Shown: positions 37,693 to 50,979 of the stretch, piece by piece
How positions within the stretch are numbered: position 1 is the stretch's first letter
Layout of the letters: each line of letters begins with the position of its first letter
Assembly: GCA_013239625.1 (NCBI GenBank)
Contig: MU053652.1
Coordinates: 8,816,077 to 8,880,076, forward strand
DNA: 64,000 nt
Direction of reading: 5' to 3'
Origin: Lama guanicoe
Taxonomy: Eukaryota
The notes under the pieces: generated by a model
What the model saw: only the letters and a program-made list of their open reading frames with translations
Database searches by the model: none
Told to the model about the DNA's origin: nothing
Program-made: the position numbers and the translations under genes

Positions 37693-40576
37693 CATTTAAC
37701 CTAGCAACATACTTTCAGGAATTTATCCCAAGGAAACAATCAGAGACGGGTTAAAAATACATAGTGCAAGATTACTTAGTACAGCAGTTATTTATGGTAG
37801 AAAAAAATAGAGGGAAAAAGTCTAAATTTTTACTAATGGAATATTGGGTTAATAGATTATGGTACATCCACCTGATGAAATATCATAATTCTGTTAAAAA
37901 GCATATAATTAGATTATTTAAGTGATTGAGAAATTGTTTACACTTCATTAAAAGAATCAAATTGTAAATCAGAATACGCAATAGATGTATAGATTTATAG
38001 AAAGAAGACTGGAATTATATTTACAAAATGGTATTACCAGTTAATTCTGATAGGGGCATTTAAGAAAATTTTTTGTCTTTGTGTTTTTCTGAATTCTTCT
38101 CCCAAATTATGATGTGTATATAGTCCTTCAGTTTTTCTTTTACAAAAGTTATTTTTTAAAGATAATAACAATAGGTATCGGGTAGATGTAATATTGTATC
38201 AGAGAACACTTATCAACCTTAATCCTCTTTACTTTAATTTTAAAAATCCTCTCAATATTTTATTTTTCTTGAATTCTAGAATTGTGTGGGGGAGTGATTT
38301 TAGTTTGGTTCCAGGAGAGGCCAGTTACCAAACACCTTGATAACTGCCCTTGACCTGTCTGTCCATCACAACTTAACCACAAAAACTAAGTCACAAGATC
38401 ACATACCTTCATAGTGTCAGATTCCTGCTTTTTTTTTTTTGTAGAAGTGTCTAAAACCTCCAAAGAAGATAGAATTCAATAGGAAATTCAAATATGGGAA
38501 GTATTAAGAGGGAGGAGGGTTTGGTAAAAGAAAAGAATACAATTTGTAAATTTCATTTCCAAGATGTTTCTCATAGAACATCTGTTTCTCCTTTTTCAAC
38601 AAACATATAGAGGTAGAATTAATTTCATTCTCGGAATATCTAAAATTTCAGGGAAACAGAAGGACACTGATTATGTACTATATGACCATCCAAACGATAT
38701 ATCATTTTGTTTGAAACAATAGGAGGTATTACAGGTTAGGGAATAAAAATGAGAGATTACTGTTTTCTCCCTCATCTTTTAGTGTTTCTTATTCTCATGC
38801 TGTGTCTTCCTCTTTTTTTTTTTTCATTCTGTTCGCAAATGGATATTGGTGGGAAATGCACGAAACGCAAACTGACTTTTACCTGCTGTGCTGCAGGCAG
38901 GGCTGACAGTTCAGAAATCCTGCCCTCCAAGAGTCGTTCCCCTTAGCGTTCTCTCTGGAGGAAGCTCAGATGTCCTGTGCTCCTTGTCAGAGGGGGCAGG
39001 TGTAAGGAAGCCCATAAGAAACTCAAAAGTACCACAAACTTTGTCATTTGCCCACGCGATGCTTGCAAAATACCTTTTACCGCAAACCACCGAACGGCCA
39101 GGACAAGCGAACTTCCCTGAAGAGCTGGGGAGGGAGGGGGTGATGAAATCTTTCCCATCAGTTCACCAGTTTTCCATACAATGGTAACTCCTGGTGTGTT
39201 TACTCAACCCACAAACTTCCTGCGGGCTCTGTTCCAGACACTGTTGACTCCCAGGGATTATAAAACTAAGGGCACATTTATCCTTCGAGTCTCTAGAAGC
39301 TGTCCCGATGATAAAAACGACTGAGATAATAACCACAGAAGATGTTAGAGTTTTCACTAAGTAATAGAATATATACTCATGGCACTAATGGGGCATTTTA
39401 AGTGGGGATTGTGGGGAGATCCCATGACTAAGTAATTCTGTTATGTACTATTTTTAAAAAATAAACAGATTTCTTTTACTGTCAGCCTTCTCAGACGTCA
39501 TGGTCATACTGTGACCTCCAATAAGGTCTCATGTTTGTGTTGTTCAAAAAAATGCGTGGGCCGTTTCACCCTTTTTGATGGAGTGTGTCACAGAACCATT
39601 GTTCCTTAAAATACGTTGACAGCCAGTTGGTTATTCTTGCTCAAATTCATCCAAGTGAAATGGATATTGAACATGACAAAATTAGCCTGTATTGCTCTCA
39701 CGGGCCTCTGAAATGTTGTATTATACTGAAAAAAAGGACTACAAAATATGTGAACCAGGGAGGTGAAGCCACGAGGTTAGTCCATAGCTGAACATTTAGG
39801 CAGATTCCTTCATTGATATTTTCTCAAATACCTGACTCTGCAACCCAATTGTACCCTCTCTTCCTCTCAGATCGTTCTTGAAATATAATGCAATCATCCT
39901 TTGCCTTCAGAGAAATGAGCTTATTATCTGAACTGTCCCCAAAGCCATCAGAGATCATAGACAATGGATTGGTAGTACTGTGTATCCCTCTTGTTCCGGA
40001 GTTGTCTTTCCAAAACACCCTTCTCGCTTTGGAGTGTCTGTGGCACTTCTTGTGGAAGGAATTGGTAATCATGACAAGATGTCAGATATACAGGAAGGAG
40101 CTATTTGCCTTAAAATGCCTAATCTGCCAGATTGATGAAAAGCACAAATTATAAAAGGCCCTTAGTGCATGGGGGAATTGGGTGAAATTAATTTGTATAG
40201 ACCTTAATAGGTATAGGAACTATTTTTTGGATGAATCTGCCTTTCAGAAAAAATACCGTGTGTGTGCGCGTGCGTGCGCATATATGTGCACACACGTGAT
40301 GGTTTCTGTGAACACAGAACATGACCTGTAGGCAGATGTAAGATCTGTCTGTTAGGCAAACATCAGTGGCACAAAGTTCTCTCATACAATTCTGTTTTTT
40401 TAAGGAGTCTTTCAGGTACAGTTAACACAGGCACAACTGCACGTGGTGTTTAGTTGTTTATTATGGAATTCCAGAAGTAAGTTCTATGTCATAATTCATT
40501 TGACAGTATCCATACTTAAAAGAAGCATACTATGGAACTGTGTTTTATACTTTGTTCATATGTTAAAATTATTTCA

Positions 40577-40720
40577 TGGGGGAGGATATAGCTCAAAGTG
40601 GTAGAGCGCATGCTTAGCATGCACAAGGTCCTGGGTTCTCCAGTACCTCCTCCAAAAAAAAGTAAATAAATAAATAGACCTAATTACCTCCCTCCCCACC
40701 AATCAATCAATCAATCAATC
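40577..40720 (+). mobile_element. tRNA-Ala-derived SINE (Vic-1-like) with (AATC)5 tail
   Basis: gggggaggatatagctcaaagtggtagagcgcatgcttagcatgcacaaggtcctgggttc; perfect 11-bp TSD aaattatttca at 40566-40576 and 40721-40731. Confidence 0.92.
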
Positions 40721-41310
40721 AAATTATTTCACAGAACACTCTATTAAAATAGTATAAGTTCAAAACTACAGGCCTCAGGAAAAAATGAAAATATTAACAT
40801 TTGCACATGAGCATACCCTTCCTTCTCATTGGAAGCACTTTAATATTTAATTATTAGCCATAGAGTTAAACCCCAGTTAACATTCCAGTCAGAAAACTAG
40901 TCTGCTTTGTTATAATTTTAAGTAACTACACTTTAACAACATCTTTTTATCAGAGAGGCATTATGCTTTTTACTTTTATTATCTCGGGAAGAAAATTGTA
41001 TTCTTGAGATGTAAAGCAATTTATTTCACTAATAATTAAAATGGCAGATAAACACAAAATTTTCTTCTAAGTGTAAATAAATACACACTGACTTTTGTTA
41101 GAGATATTTTTACCCAGAATTCTTAACTATAATTCCTGCTACTGTTTGCTTTTCAAAAAATTTCTCATTTTCCCTACTGTTATATAATAAAAACATTTCA
41201 AAGAATGTATGCTATATTAATACTAACAAGTAATAATAAGATTAGTGATATTACTAATTCATGAATTTTTATAATCTTATATATCTGATATTTTTATATT
41301 CTATATACCA

Positions 41311-41740
41311 CTCATTCATCTCTTTAGCATTTATTGCCAGCTACAATTCTAGGCACTGGGGTACAGCACCAAGAAGACAGACAATAAACAAATAAACATA
41401 TCACATGTTGGCTGATGGCAATATGTGCAGTGGAAAGCAATAAAGAGGGCTGTGGGAACAGGAGATTACACTTTTACACAGGGTAGTTAGAGATAGCCTT
41501 GCTAATCCTGAGTCTTGTTGGCAGGGATGAGAAGGAAATGAGTGAGAAAGCCATGTGTGTGCCCAGGGAAGGCTACCAGGCAGTGGAAGCAGCATATGCA
41601 AAGGCCCTGAGGCAGAGCATGCTTCCTGTATTTGAGGACTAGATAGTATGCCAGCATGGCTAGAGTGGAGGGACTTGCTGTGAGGGGGTAGAGGAGATCA
41701 GAATGGACTTTGGCTTTTACAATGAGTGTTGCCATTACAG
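41311..41740 (-). mobile_element. LINE-2 3' fragment, antisense
   Basis: ctcattcat...catttattg...ctaggcactggggtacagca...agcatatgcaaaggccctgaggcagagcatgc. Confidence 0.7.
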
Positions 41741-42254
41741 GGATATGACTTATGCTTGAAGATGGTTCACAGTAGTGTGCGACCATACTCTGACAAAGAA
41801 AAGACTAGAGGAGTGAGACCAAAGAGGCTACAGCTTATAAAGTTCAGTTATTTTATTTTATTTATAGTTAATATTTTAAACTCTATTACCCTGAGTCTAC
41901 TAGATACACGTTCATAAAATTTAACTGGTTTAAATATCTCTCCAGGTTTCTGCAAGTATACATGATCAATGTATGAAAGAGCAAATTTTAGGGTGTCCTT
42001 TGTTAAGGTCTTTTTTAACTGAATCACTGATCCAGTGGTAGATATTTTAAATTGTATTGATATTTTAGCTCTCTGCTTTACTCAAGCAATATAGAAAATG
42101 TCTGATATAAATAAATATATTTAAAATAGTTCTACCTTTGTTGTATCTCAAATATAGCTTCCATTTTTTTAATAGGGTTTTTTTTAAATTGCTCTTTATT
42201 TCCTGGTAAAACATAGAGGAAAGACAGTAAGGCATGGGCACCAAGAGCCCCAAA

Positions 42255-42430
42255 TGTGGAATGCAAGAGACCTAGATTCGAGTTCAGGCTTCTGTCCTTA
42301 TGAGCTGTGTGACTTTGGGGAAGTCACCTAACCTCTCTGAGCCTCAACAGCCTCCTCTCTTGGGGACTAGAGAAAGGATTGCTGTGAGCATCCTATGTTG
42401 TTATGCCTACGAAACAGCGCAGTACCAGGC
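42255..42430 (+). mobile_element. MIR fragment
   Basis: gagctgtgtgactttggggaagtcacctaacctctctgagcctca MIR core. Confidence 0.75.
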
Positions 42431-44839
42431 ACATTTTATATTTTGTCTTTGAAAATTGCTACGTTTGTTTTAATAACCACCATGACAAGAAGATTTTGAT
42501 GACACAGGAAGTGTTTGTGTTTATTGGGAAGAATAATTTTAGAAGGAGCTGTTGCTTTTAGGGTTGACTGCAGCAAAGTTACCTTTTATTCCCAATATTT
42601 AGATACAGAAGGCCACTTCTTATGCCTGATACTTAGTGCATAGTCTGATATACCCACTAAAATAAGAACATGTGAATAAGGGCAAGACCAAAATATGAAA
42701 GGTATTTAACCTGTAAGATGTGTAGCCTAATTTAGTGATAAGCTCGGTAAAATGATGGCCCTTCACTGCATGTAATAGTCTTCATCTTAGTGAAATTGAC
42801 ATGGGGGACATTCCTCTGACTAATTTGTCTCAGTCTTCATCGCCTGAACCCCTGGCTCCATTCAGTCACGCAGGCAATGTGTCCCAGTGAAGTTTAATAT
42901 GACAGGATGGTGTACCTATCACTGAGGATTACAGTCTCCTTTGACAGTTGAAAACTAACAGTAAAATTCGCTCAAATACAACCACACAGCACCTGTCAGA
43001 GAACAAGGCCAAAGGAACATGTCAGTCGTCAGAACAATAAAGATAAGTTCTTTGCTCTTTTTCATCAAGTTTGCATAGGTGTATTTAGTGAAATAACCAC
43101 CTGCAAGTTTGTAATGTGGCCTTTTAGGCTGTCTGTGTAATAATGTAATGTAGTTATAGTTTTTGCCTAAATGCCCAAATTCCCAAATTAATGATTTGTT
43201 TAGAACTCTCCAATCTCACTTTTGTGACCATTGACAGTAGTTATCCTTAGGTTACAGTCTGGGTTCTGTGCTATTATTTGCTCCATAGGAACTGACTCTG
43301 AAGTAGTATGTGAAAAAAATCCATTATTAAATTATTACAAAACATTAGGGTTAGCTCTTAGTTCATTGTTTTATAATTCAAAACCAGACTTTCTTTTCTC
43401 CTCCCTAAAAATACTTGAAAGACCAATGTTTTGCCATTAGTTTTACTGCAGTCCAACATTCAAACTGTATTTTGATGGGCCAGAATGAAATATAATTGTA
43501 AATAATATTTTCAAAGCATAAATTCAAACAGCATGCAATTTTTTGATATAATAAATTATTGACTCTAATTAGAAAAAAAATTCTCAGACTTAAATGATAC
43601 TTTTTTTTTCTGGGAGAAAATGATGCTTTGATACGAATAAAAGGTTTTTATGTCAGCATGATTCAGGTATAACTTTAAAATTAATTGCTTTTACCCTAAT
43701 TGACTAGTTTACAAGCATCAAACACACACATACATATGTATAGATGTCTGTGTGAAAAACAGTGGGAACAGCAAATCTTGTTGGGAAAGTTATTTTAAGT
43801 ATCCATTTTTTAATAACCCTCATTTCTACCTGTTTTATACATGAACATTAAAAATTAGTAAGTTCAAAGATGTCTTTGAGAATTAAATTATAATATTCAG
43901 AAAAATAAGTTAGTAGGAGAAGAAATAATTGGTATTAAAAAATACAGAGGATTCATTTTGTTGAAATGTATTTAAAGTGAATATGAGTTTTAATAAATCT
44001 TTTTCTCTGTTTTAACAAGGACAGTTAAAATTCATATATTCAAAATTTTAGATGACTGCTATACCACCAAATACTTAAATTGATAGTGAATAAATTCTGA
44101 ATCCCAGCTATTAGATTTATTTTATATTTTCAATCCTAATCTTAGTAAAAGAAGATACCTTTTTGGTCCCTGTTGCTACTTTTAAAAATCCTAATGAAAA
44201 TTAGCCTTTATTTCATAAGCATATTTGTTTTAACACAAAACTCTTGAAGCAATAGCTGGTCTTTCTTCTCTGTGTGTTTATTCAAATATTTATATTTGAT
44301 TTATATTTAAACAAACCAAAAAAGAGCAGTAAACCACTACGTGTATTCAAAATTTCTATTCCTTACAACAATGAAAATTAAATCTCCAATTTCACATTAG
44401 CTTAATTTTTATTTGGAAGGGAAGCAGTTAAGACATTGTAGCTTACATTCAGCATATTTTTTATAATATTTCCATTCAGGATATTTAATTGGTCACATGT
44501 TTGGTATCACTATAAGACACTTTTCACTGACATTCTCAAGGACTAGTCATTGTTTCTGTAGATATGGAAAATATTTATTGTAACCCTTTACCTTGAAGCT
44601 TGTCTAAAAGAGAATAATTTTCTTCCATTTATTCCGGGTCAAAATATGAAGCAAGTGGCTACAAAATATCTCCAATAAATGTACACCATAGACACAAGTA
44701 ATATGTATACTGTGGACTGACAGGCATTTTCCTTAATTATTTGGCTTTTTTTTCCAGGGAAATAGAAAGATGTAAAATATATAAACGTAAATGTCCTATC
44801 ACTTTAAATTACTGATTCTGGTTTTTTTTTTCCCCCCAG

Positions 44840-44941
44840 GCCTGATGGAATTGGAACTGTTTCAATGGAAGAAAAAGAGAGATTTGAGGAGATAAAGGAA
44901 AGGCTCTCTTCCCTTTTAGAGAATCAGATAAGCCATTTCAG
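44840..44941 (+). CDS. CADPS2: CADPS2 internal coding exon F, 102 nt, phase 2 to 2
   Basis: Acceptor ttttttttttccccccAG, donor AG|gtatat; [33 protein letters not shown](R). Confidence 0.96.
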
Positions 44942-45160
44942 GTATATGCTCCATTGATACAAATATTTGCTTCTTAATTCCCTCCATCCTCTAATACCCC
45001 TGCAAATGTTTATCAAGTCTTCCTGCTACTGCTCACGAACTACCGGTGGCTTCTCCATTGCCTATAGGGTAGCTTCTGCATTGCCGATAGGGTATGATCC
45101 GCATTTCTGAGTCTGTGGTCTGCTTCTCAGCCTGACATTCAGTTTCCATGACTCACTAGG

Positions 45161-45381
45161 TAGGTCCCGCTGCCCTATAATATCCATCCCACTAGTCCTG
45201 CCCCCCTGCAGTATCCATACCACTAGGTCCCACCTCCCTACAATATCCATCCCACAAGTCCTGCCCCCCTGCAATATCCATCCCACTAGGTCCCACGTCC
45301 CTACAATACCCATCCCACTAGGTCCTGCCCCCTACAATATCCATCCCACTAGGTCCCACGTCCCTACAGTATCCATCCCAC
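45161..45381 (+). repeat. Minisatellite of 7 units alternating 32 and 31 bp (63-bp dimer x3.5)
   Basis: Units start at 45161, 45193, 45224, 45256, 45287, 45319, 45350; all end in variants of tatccatcccac. Confidence 0.95.
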
Positions 45382-48300
45382 TGAACCTCTCACTCGCCCT
45401 GTGTGTTTCCCATCCCCACGTAGCCTCTTCCCCCAGCTCTGGTGACAGTTCCTCCCCTTCTCTGTCGCCAGGCAAGGAGACTCTCAAGTCCCACCTTCAC
45501 AGTGGAGCCTTTCTCAGTTATTTCAACAAAAAGTGGAAAAGCTGAAGTCTTTGAGCATTTATCATCTGTATCAGCCCTACTCACCTCTCACAGAGAAATG
45601 ATACAAATGTCTTAAGTCGTTAGTTATCCCTTTATTTACATTCTGTGAGAACAAGGACCACAGTGTGTCTAGCACAGTTTCTTGCTCAGAAAAATTAAGT
45701 ACTGAAAGTAAGAAACATTTGCAGGGTGAAGGATGAATATCTTGATAATATTCTTTTTTCCCTGATTGTAGTTAGCTTAATAGAACCTAATGGTTAAAAA
45801 ACAGAAACATGCCTTTTTTTCTGTCACTCTCATCCTCAGAGCCTATAAAATTTTTCGATGTCAGTGTGTCGTATCTTATAGCATGTCTGTCATGTTGCAG
45901 GTGTGTGATTTGGAATCATCTCGTGAACTTACGGAAAAATAAATTCAATTAATATTCCCCCTTAGCACTTTGAAAACATTGTTATTTAGCCATGTGAACA
46001 GTGTATGGCTGCTCTGGGCCTCAGTTTCCTTATTGGTAATATGAAAAGCTTAGACTCTGTGATTTTAAAATGGTCCTGAAGGAAGAAATTCTCATAGGAT
46101 ATGCTATGCATCCGTTTCCCTGCCTTAATTATTTAACTGGGGCTGGTACCACACCCTTAAGGCAAGTGAATGAGGGGGGATGTTCTTTATCATGACACCT
46201 GGGCAAGGGGGCAGTCATTTAGTGCTGGGTTTAGAAATGCCATTCACAGAACAGTCTCACATTGGAGAATTTATTCTGCCCAAAAGGCTAATAGATTCAC
46301 ATTAGGATACACGATTCTCAATAACGTGACAGAATTGAATTCTGGGTTTGGGGTTTTTGTTTTTGTGTTTGTTATTTTATTTTATTTTTAGTTTATAAAC
46401 AAAATGAAAACACGAAGAAGACTTTTACGTTTACAGCGGATGTTTCTGCGTTTGCCGTTAAGAATACTGTCTTTTAGGTTGTGCAGAGATCCTTCAGTTT
46501 GCTGTGTATGTCGTTTAATGAAAATCAATGCATAGTTTTCCTGATTTTGACATTATTGAGACAGAGCTCATAATTCTGTTGAATCTCTATGGCAGTAACT
46601 GTATGTCTCCATGGTTGTTTGTAGCCGTGCTTTCATCTGCCAGTAGCAAAATCCTACCTCAAACTGGTTCAGACAAATAAATGTGCATGTTCACTTACAC
46701 GCAGGTCTCAGGTAGGGTGAACATCAAGACAGGCTGAATTTAGGAGCCAGAGCTCCATTTCTTTGTGATTCTCACATGCCTCTCCTTCTTCATGGGATGG
46801 CTTTACCCCCAGGTTGGTAGCAGGACCATAGATTTCATTGGCCTCACATCCATACACACTAGCATGGTGAGGGGAGGGAGTAAAAGCCATCTCTTTCTGT
46901 GATTCTCTCTTTTCAGATGTAACATTGCTATAGAAGATCCTAGCGAACTACCCCTCATATCTCAGTTGCCCTAAATAGGTCACAGACCCAGTCCTGAACC
47001 GAACCCAGGGGCCACAGGAAGCCCAGGCACTAGATCCTCAGTCACTGACAAGCAGAGGGACCGCCATGACCGAGTGTTAGCCTAGCCAGAGTCATCCGGG
47101 GGGCTCCGCCCCCCACAGTGCTCCCAGCTACACAGCAGAGGCACGGAATGAAGGTTGTCCACATCATTTATTGTATTATAGTGTATTCCCCTCTCTTCCA
47201 GTTTTGTCTCTCTAGTTCTCTTAATAATTTCAGTAAAGATGTACTCTAGAATTCTTTTTCGTTTTATTTCTTTGATGAACTAAAGATACAAATTAAAATA
47301 AACTGGTCTAGACTTTTGGGGCTGGCTTTTATATTTTCTTCTGATGTTTACAGAGTTTGTAGAAATTCTACCAGGTTTGTTTCTCCTGAGTCCATAGAAA
47401 ACTGGGTAAAAAGAAATGGGATTAAAGTAAAATAGAGGAAATTTGAGGTATCCATATAGGCAAACTTAGAAAATTTTTTAAATTGTCTGTGCAGATTTTC
47501 ATTAGGATTCTGCCAAATGATCTTCCTTAGCCACTTATGTTAAAATTTAGAAAGAACGTAAATTACTTCTCAATTCATACTAAAGAAGTAAAGAGAGTCC
47601 TATTAATAACTCTTGTATAGAAATTTATTTATTCAGGCCCAACTGTATTTCAGAAATGGATTTCAAAGACACAGATAGAGTAATAAGGCCAACTAAATTA
47701 AAAATAAATAAGGAACTTCTGGCTAAAGACTTCCTCATGGGACCTAAACAAACAGCAGAACAGTATTTTTCTAAAGACATAAATGCACAAGGACAACAAA
47801 GATTAGAGAGGAGAAAAAATAGAAAAAAATAAGTAAAAAATTTGGAAGTCAGGTGAATGGATGGCTTCTAATTTAGCCACCCAGGAAAAACTGGATCATA
47901 AGCTGGCAGTGAGGAAAACAGAGAAGCAATCTGATTGATGTCATAAATCACCAGAATGTTTAGGAATTGCCAGTTGTAAGCCTTTCTGGAAATTAAGAGT
48001 GAAGGATGATTTGTAAGTAAATCTACTTAAGACGCACTGAGAGTCCCTAGATCTCGCTTCCAACTCAGCTGCCAGGCTGTGGCCCCTCCCCATCCCCCAT
48101 TCTGGCAGAGCACTGCAGGTTTATTCCCTGGGGAGGGTAAAATTAGAGGGTACCCGGACTGAGATGGAGGAGGGGAGGAATCGTCAGCACGGTTGGAGTT
48201 AGGGATTATATGCAGAAACAGGGTGATTCAAAAAATGTTTATTCTGAAATCTGAGACGCACAGGTTTCTTCCAGCTCACACACTTGACACCCAAAGTGCT

Positions 48301-48889
48301 GGCAGGCAGGCAGGCTTGTACCTTCCCTGCTTAGTAGAAGTGTCTTCCCCTGGGACTCTGACTAGCCCAAGAGAAAAGACCTAAAGCTGTGGGCAGTAAA
48401 GACGCCTGGTGAAGTAACCCAGCTACACTCCCCTTCAGCAAAGACCAGAGGGTACACATACCCACTTAGACGCATATAGCTTCCATTTAGTTTTTTAATA
48501 ACTCGCTTTTGAAAATGATCAGACAGCCAAGGTGAAGCCATCAGATGTTTGAGGAAAGCACTTACTGTGGGCGGCAAGTAATACCAAAAAAGGAACTTGG
48601 GGAAAAAATAAAAGTTATATGGAAAGAAGGAAATGGTGGAAGAGGTGGTGGGAATCTATTACTGATATGCTTGGGGAGGTTTGAGAAGATACAGCATCTA
48701 TAAAACAAAAACAAGATGTATTTAAAAAAGAAAAAGAAAAAGAAAAAAAAAACCTTAGGGAACAAATAATAGCTCTTAGAAACTGATGCAAATGACACGC
48801 AACTACATACACACTGTCGAAAGATTAAGTTACTGAAACCTTCCAGAAAGTAGGGGGCAGGGAGTTGAACAGATGGAAAAATACAAGTA

Positions 48890-49072
48890 CAGTTGGCCCT
48901 TCATTTCCTTAGGTTCCACATCCCCTGCCAGATCGAGTGGGGTGGGTTGAATCTACAGATATACGGGGCCACCAGTACTACACTATTTTATATAAGGGAC
49001 TTGAGTATCTGTGGATTTTAGTATCTGTGTGGGTCCAGGAACCCATCCCCCACAGATACTGAGGGGCAACTG
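48890..49072. mobile_element. MER2-like TcMar-Tigger MITE
   Basis: TA|cagttggccct...gaggggcaactg|TA terminal inverted repeats with TA duplication; tatataagggacttgag...gtggatttt. Confidence 0.85.
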
Positions 49073-50979
49073 TACAAGGATAGGAGAAATGAAGGATCTG
49101 CTTAGAAATTTCATCATTATAAATAATATAAATCCCAGAAACAGTTAAGGTTTAAGGTAGGAAATTATCAATAAAGATATTCAAAGTAATTTTCCGGAAT
49201 TAAAGGACAGAAGTGTTCAGATTAAACGAGTCCTTTGAGTACCACACACAGTGGATTAAAAAAGATACTCAGAGTGCATTTTTATGAATTTTCACAATCT
49301 TGGAGATAAAAGAGAAGATCTAGAAGTACAAAGAATCATAATGGCTTCTCAACATTGATTTATTCTACAGTAACTTATTAAGTGCTTACTATGTGTCAGG
49401 CAGTGAACAAAATTTTAAAAGAGATACTTTTCTTCTGCAACTTTTATTTCAGTATGAGGAACAGTACTGATCCCCAGAAAACCGTGCATCAGTGACTTCA
49501 CAGTTTAGAGGAAAGATGATCTCCAGCCTAGAATACTGTGCTAGTAAATGTGTCTATTAAGCTAGACATCAAAAGATGTGCTTCCCATATTCCCTTTTTT
49601 GGAAAATGCAATTTACCAAGACAAAGGGGAAAACAAAGAAAGAGAGAGAGTTAAGATCCCTGCAACAGTAAATCGACATGAGAGAGGTTCTTCATAGTGG
49701 TTAGTAAAGGTGGTTAATAGAGACCCCAAAGTGGTGACTGAACCTAGAGAGGGAACAGTTCTGACCAGAGCAGTCAGAAAATTCAAGTAGACCAAACTGA
49801 CAAAACACTGAGATATTTGAGCGTGTTTTACCCACTTGGAATTTGGAATTGTATTAGTTGTGTTAGAGCTTGGAGCTGTACTAGATCAAGTATATAAAAA
49901 GAAATTAAAACAAAGACACGTATTAATCATAAACAAAATAGTGACACATAGAAGGTAGTCAAAGTAAGAACTGTGTCTCAATTATCTAAGATATTGACAA
50001 AATTAATGTAGATACTGAATTTAAGTTTAACCTCCAAAAGTCACTGCATTAAAAGGGTGGCTGGAACCAAAACTATGTTTAGGGTGGAGGAAAGTGGTCT
50101 TCAAAAAAAAAGCACCTTATGTCTAAGATGGAGTATTGGGATGATATTTATCTCCCACATGAAATAATTTTTTAAGACAAAATATGCAGGGAAGATGCTT
50201 TTCAAGATGTTAAACGTAAGACAATGAATAGCCGTGAGTCTTGAGAGATGGGAAACGAATGAATAAGCCCTTTAATTACCACTGCTTACTGCCAGAACAG
50301 CGTTTCCAGACCATGGTCCAGGGAAGAGGAATCTGGGAGGATCCCAGTGGACACTTGGCTCTTTTAAAGGAGACAGAACTGGGAGTCCAGGGAGAGTAAG
50401 GTAGCCAGAATTGTCAGGTCAAAGTTCTAAAGGAGAGAGAGCTCAGAGAGACCTACACGTATTTGCTGAGGGTCCCCTGGAGTCTTTAGCTAATTACTGA
50501 TCTGTGAATGGATGTGAGGAAACTAAGAGCAAAGAACTGTGTGAAAGGATTACAGGGGGAAATGTCCCCAAAGCAAGCACAGGGCTGGGAGTAGTTCTAA
50601 TTCTTGAGCATCAGGTAGAATATGCAGAAGGTTTTGTCTCAGTAGAAGAAAAAATTTAGCCGAAGAATAAGCCCTGTCATGGTGTCTCCTAATGAAGTTT
50701 AAAACCAAGATTCATATGAGTCAAACTGTTTCCAAGTAATTTAACTGCATTCCAAAACAAAGTTCAAGAATGTTTAAAGAAATACAAAAGTACTCAGCCA
50801 CCAATAAGGTACAATAGCAATGTCTAGCTTTCAGTCAAAAATTTCTAGGGATACAAAGAAATAGTAAAATATGACCAATGAAGAGAATGCAAACAAGCAA
50901 AAGTGAAAATGGCACAGAAGATAGAATTAGTAAACAACAGTATTGCCACACGTCATATGTTCAGCCTGTTAAGGGCATC

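Noticed and set aside
39871..40064. Cryptic exon with a good acceptor (ccctctcttcctctcAG) and a TTG|gtaatc donor
   Set aside because: Weak donor, 194 nt with an early in-frame TGA, and no other support; such pseudo-exons are common
45062..45313. Repetitive-peptide ORF (WILQGGRT) and CRISPR-like spacing
   Set aside because: Product of the 63-bp minisatellite period; no unique spacers and a eukaryotic intron context
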